Shown: positions 60,756 to 64,000 of the stretch, one piece after another
Position numbering within the stretch: position 1 is the stretch's first letter
How the letters are laid out: every line of letters starts with the position of its first letter
From: Lytechinus pictus
Lineage: Eukaryota
Assembly (NCBI RefSeq): GCF_037042905.1
Contig: NC_087250.1
Coordinates: 28,212,001-28,276,000, forward strand
Direction: 5' to 3'
Length of the DNA stretch: 64,000 nucleotides
Position numbers and translations under genes: made by a program
The notes under the pieces: model-generated
What the model was told of the DNA's origin: nothing
Database searches by the model: none
Seen by the model: the letters and a program-made list of their open reading frames with translations, nothing else

Positions 60756-61584
60756 GCTGGTTATACATTTTATTGTTGAATGGTCATGACGAATAACAAA
60801 GCTTATCGCATGCCCTTACAGAGTGGACTGGGGCGGGGCAGTTGCCCACAGATGTCATGAAATCTTTAATTTGTTATTTAAGAAATTCCAGAATCATACA
60901 AAAGTGTAGAGCAAATCCTTTAATTTTGATCTTATTTTCCAATGCTTTAATAAAAAAAAGGTCAGTCACTTTTCTTCTTTACACATTCCACATTGTGCCA
61001 CCTCTATGGCCTTTAGTGTTAGACATGCAGCTACTATCATGACTATAGTGTTTTATGAAGATGATTCGATATTTTAGTCCAAAACTTTGCTAAAACCCGT
61101 TGCTAATACCGGGAGTGTATAATTACGCAACCAGATGTATATTCGTTAGACCTTAAACCACTAAATATCATTTTCAATGTATAAATACAGTTTGTCAATA
61201 CCTTTGTTTTAACGTTTAAATGTTTACGCCACAAAATTGGATTTATTTTCATCTTCAATTAAGTTAAATATTATTCATCTGATCACTCAGGAAGAAGTTA
61301 AAAAATAGATAACGATACCTGTAAAACTGGAGAACTATTTCCAAGGCTCTGTCTTGAAGAATCTCGTTCTGAATTCAGCATTATATCCAGTTTTATCAAA
61401 GTAATTATATAAAAATTACTCATCATTACAAATTGCATTATATTTAGTGAAAAGCATCACAATATATAAATACCAAATCTGTATATAGGCCTATACATCA
61501 TGTACATGAAAATTGAATGATAATATATAAACCTGGATTGGTGATGTATTCCAAATGATTCATGATGTAGTATCATTGTATATA

Positions 61585-63274
61585 CAGAAGCGTCGATCCT
61601 GTGGGGGGGGGGGGGGGGGTTAGGGGGGCGATCGCCCCACCAATGAAAATATTGGGGGGGGGGTGGCAAACATATTGTTGTGCCCCCCCCCCCCATGATT
61701 TCGCATGTGCAAAAATAAAATAAGATGGTAATGTTACACAGAAATCAGCAAGCGAAATTGAGCTACACAACTCGTTTTTTATTTAAAATCATGCTCAAAT
61801 TGTCCGCTTTTCAGATTGGAATATAAAAAATTTCAGCTCGCGCTTTGCGCTTGCATCATTTCTGTAGCAAAACCCCATACTTTTCATGATTAAATAGGTA
61901 AATAGAATGTCCCGTTTTCAGTTCTAAACCTCAAAAGAACTCCCGCTTCGATTTGCAGTAATCTTTTGTTGGATATAATCCTGTTCTTTATTAAAAACTT
62001 CAATTAAACTTTTTTTTCAGATCGAAATATCAAAATTTTAACCACACGCTTCGCGCTCGCATTTATTGTTTTTTTAGATACCCATCTTAATCATTGGTAC
62101 CAAAAATGCTTAGAATATCAAGCTTTCTGGTCAGAATATAAAGAAATTTCAGCTCGCCCTCGGCACTCGCATTATCTGTGTAGTGAGATATGTATCCTCC
62201 TCATGAGTTTAATACTACAAACAGTCCTAAACAGGCACCTTTTTCCTGTTTTCAGGTCAGTATACTAACAAATTTCAGCTCGCGCTCGCATTAATTTGTT
62301 GGTGAGATATGTGTCTCTATCTCATGAGTCATATAAATAAATAAATATATATATATACAGTGCGTCCCACAAAAAACGAAACCGAGATTTATCTATGATT
62401 TATCATAACTTAATCGCAAATACAATAGACAAATGACCTACCATTGTAAAGCTTATAATCTCTTCTTTCATATGAAATTACTTAGATTATTTCTCATTCA
62501 CGCATGAGTGAGCAAAAACAATTTGAAAAGGAAATACCAAAAAGTCACTTGGCGGGCCGTATCTGGGTTTTAAAAAGAAAACCACATTTAAAAAAAGTTC
62601 AATATCTGCTTTTTAATTTGATACCTCAATTACAGAAAATGGTCAAGAAATAACAAAGTTCTGGTTATTTGAAATAAGCCTTGAATTTCAATAATTTCAT
62701 AAAATGAAGAGGTTCTACAGGCTAGCGTTCAAACTCACTTGACGATCAGCCATGCATTAAGTCTTTTGTTACCCGAGCGATAGCTTCTGTGGGAAACCGG
62801 TGAAAACATGTTTATTTAATGAAATTATGGAAATACAAGCATTGTTTCGAGGGATCATAACTTTTTTACTACTTGACCATTTTCTGTGATTTAGGTATCA
62901 AAGAAAAGAGAAGATATTGAACTTTTTAGTCATGTGCTTTTCTTTTTGAAATTCAGATACCCCCCGCCAAATGAGTTTTTGGCATCCTTTCTTAGAATTG
63001 TTTTTGCTCAATCATGCGTGAATGAGGAATAATTTTAGTAATACCAGATGAAAGAGAAAATTCTAAGCTTTACATTGGTAGGTCATTTGTCTATTTTATT
63101 TATGATTAAGTTATGATAAATCATCGCTAAATCTCGGTTTCGTTTTTTCTGGGACGCACTGTATATATGCATATGTGTGTGTGCGTGTTTGTGTGTGAGT
63201 TTGTTTGTTTTGTGTGATCGAGCGCCTTTGGAAAGTTGATTGCCCCCCATCTGAAAAAAGGATCGACGCCCCTG
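61585..63274. mobile_element. hAT-like MITE
   Basis: TIR CAGAAGCGTCGATCC/GGATCGACGCCCCTG; perfect 8-bp TSD TGTATATA. Confidence 0.85.
62358..63161. mobile_element. Tc1/mariner-like foldback MITE
   Basis: TA|CAGTGCGTCCCA..AAACGAAACCGAGATTTA and its reverse complement at the other end, |TA; arms extend ~300 bp. Confidence 0.9.
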
Positions 63275-64000
63275 TGTATATAATATATATAGTTAATAAA
63301 AAATTGTATCTCAATTAATATACAAAAGTATTGGCCTCATCGCAATAAAAGGGTTAGTACACGAGATTTTGAAATCGCAAATAACATGCATAATTTGTGT
63401 TCCTTTTTGCTTGTTTCTTTCTTTAATAAGTTTTCAATCTCTCTCTATATATGTTTTAGAAATATTATATGTTTAAATTGATGTATATGTTCTGTTATAA
63501 TGAGATATGTTTAAGTGGACTTCAGGGAATGGTCGTACGCAGCAAGGGGGAGGGGGGGGGGGCAAATTCCCGATCAACTGTTGTGAATACACATTTTTTT
63601 TCTTAACATTTCATGAAAACTATGAAAAATGTGCAAATGTTAGATGTGCACCAAATACTTTTATTACACTTGTAAAAAAAAAAATAATCGCCCCATTGAG
63701 CAGCTCGGTCCGTTTACTCTATCGTTTTTATTTTATTTTTTTAAAATAAGTTCGAGTCTTGGCCCCCCCCCCCCCCGGAAATATTATTTTATTATCTGCG
63801 TGTTGTCATGCAAAATGGCATGACTGGTAATCCTACATTTTGAAAAGAGCATTTGACAGGGTCAGACTTTACCCCTTTTTCAACATTTTAATTTATGGCG
63901 CCGGTGAAGTGCAAAAATATGTGCGCCGCTCGGCAGTGCGACCCCCCCCCCCCCCTTCGCCAAAAGCTGGATCCGCCTATGTACCTCGTTCACATTTGCC

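Larger units (their letters stand above)
59947..63981. mobile_element. 4-kb composite DNA element inserted into a short MITE end
   Basis: Ends AAGTGGCGGATC../..GGATCCGCCTATG, flanked by TACCT (59942-59946, 63982-63986). The empty site TATACCTCGGTCACATTTGCC is at ~58696. Confidence 0.7.

Overview
AT-rich, repeat-dense animal DNA. The repeat families suggest an echinoderm, probably a sea urchin (inference). The one intact host gene is a 10-coding-exon NADP-isocitrate dehydrogenase (IDH1-like, + strand, 31991-52260, 409 aa, all introns GT-AG and phase-consistent). Its stop codon reads TGA-CTG and is followed in frame by L-E-S-S-K-L-stop, a cryptic peroxisomal PTS1 reachable by stop-codon readthrough. 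Several introns of this gene contain tandem duplications anchored on the gene's own exon edges. The largest is about 80 copies of a 54-bp unit made of the exon-7 end plus its donor site, and that array is split by a 1.2-kb hairpin-ended non-TIR element. The 30 kb upstream is a nest of mobile DNA. A Penelope-like RT is split precisely at a codon by a ~28.8-kb insert with imperfect inverted ends. That insert holds a decayed L1/Tx1 LINE and a 13.4-kb CACTA/EnSpm-type element carrying a promoter-like region and putative spliced exons. The 3' end has a local duplication showing filled and empty sites of an Academ-like element. Most short ORFs in the supplied track are repeat artefacts. All calls are from visual reading; no searches were run.
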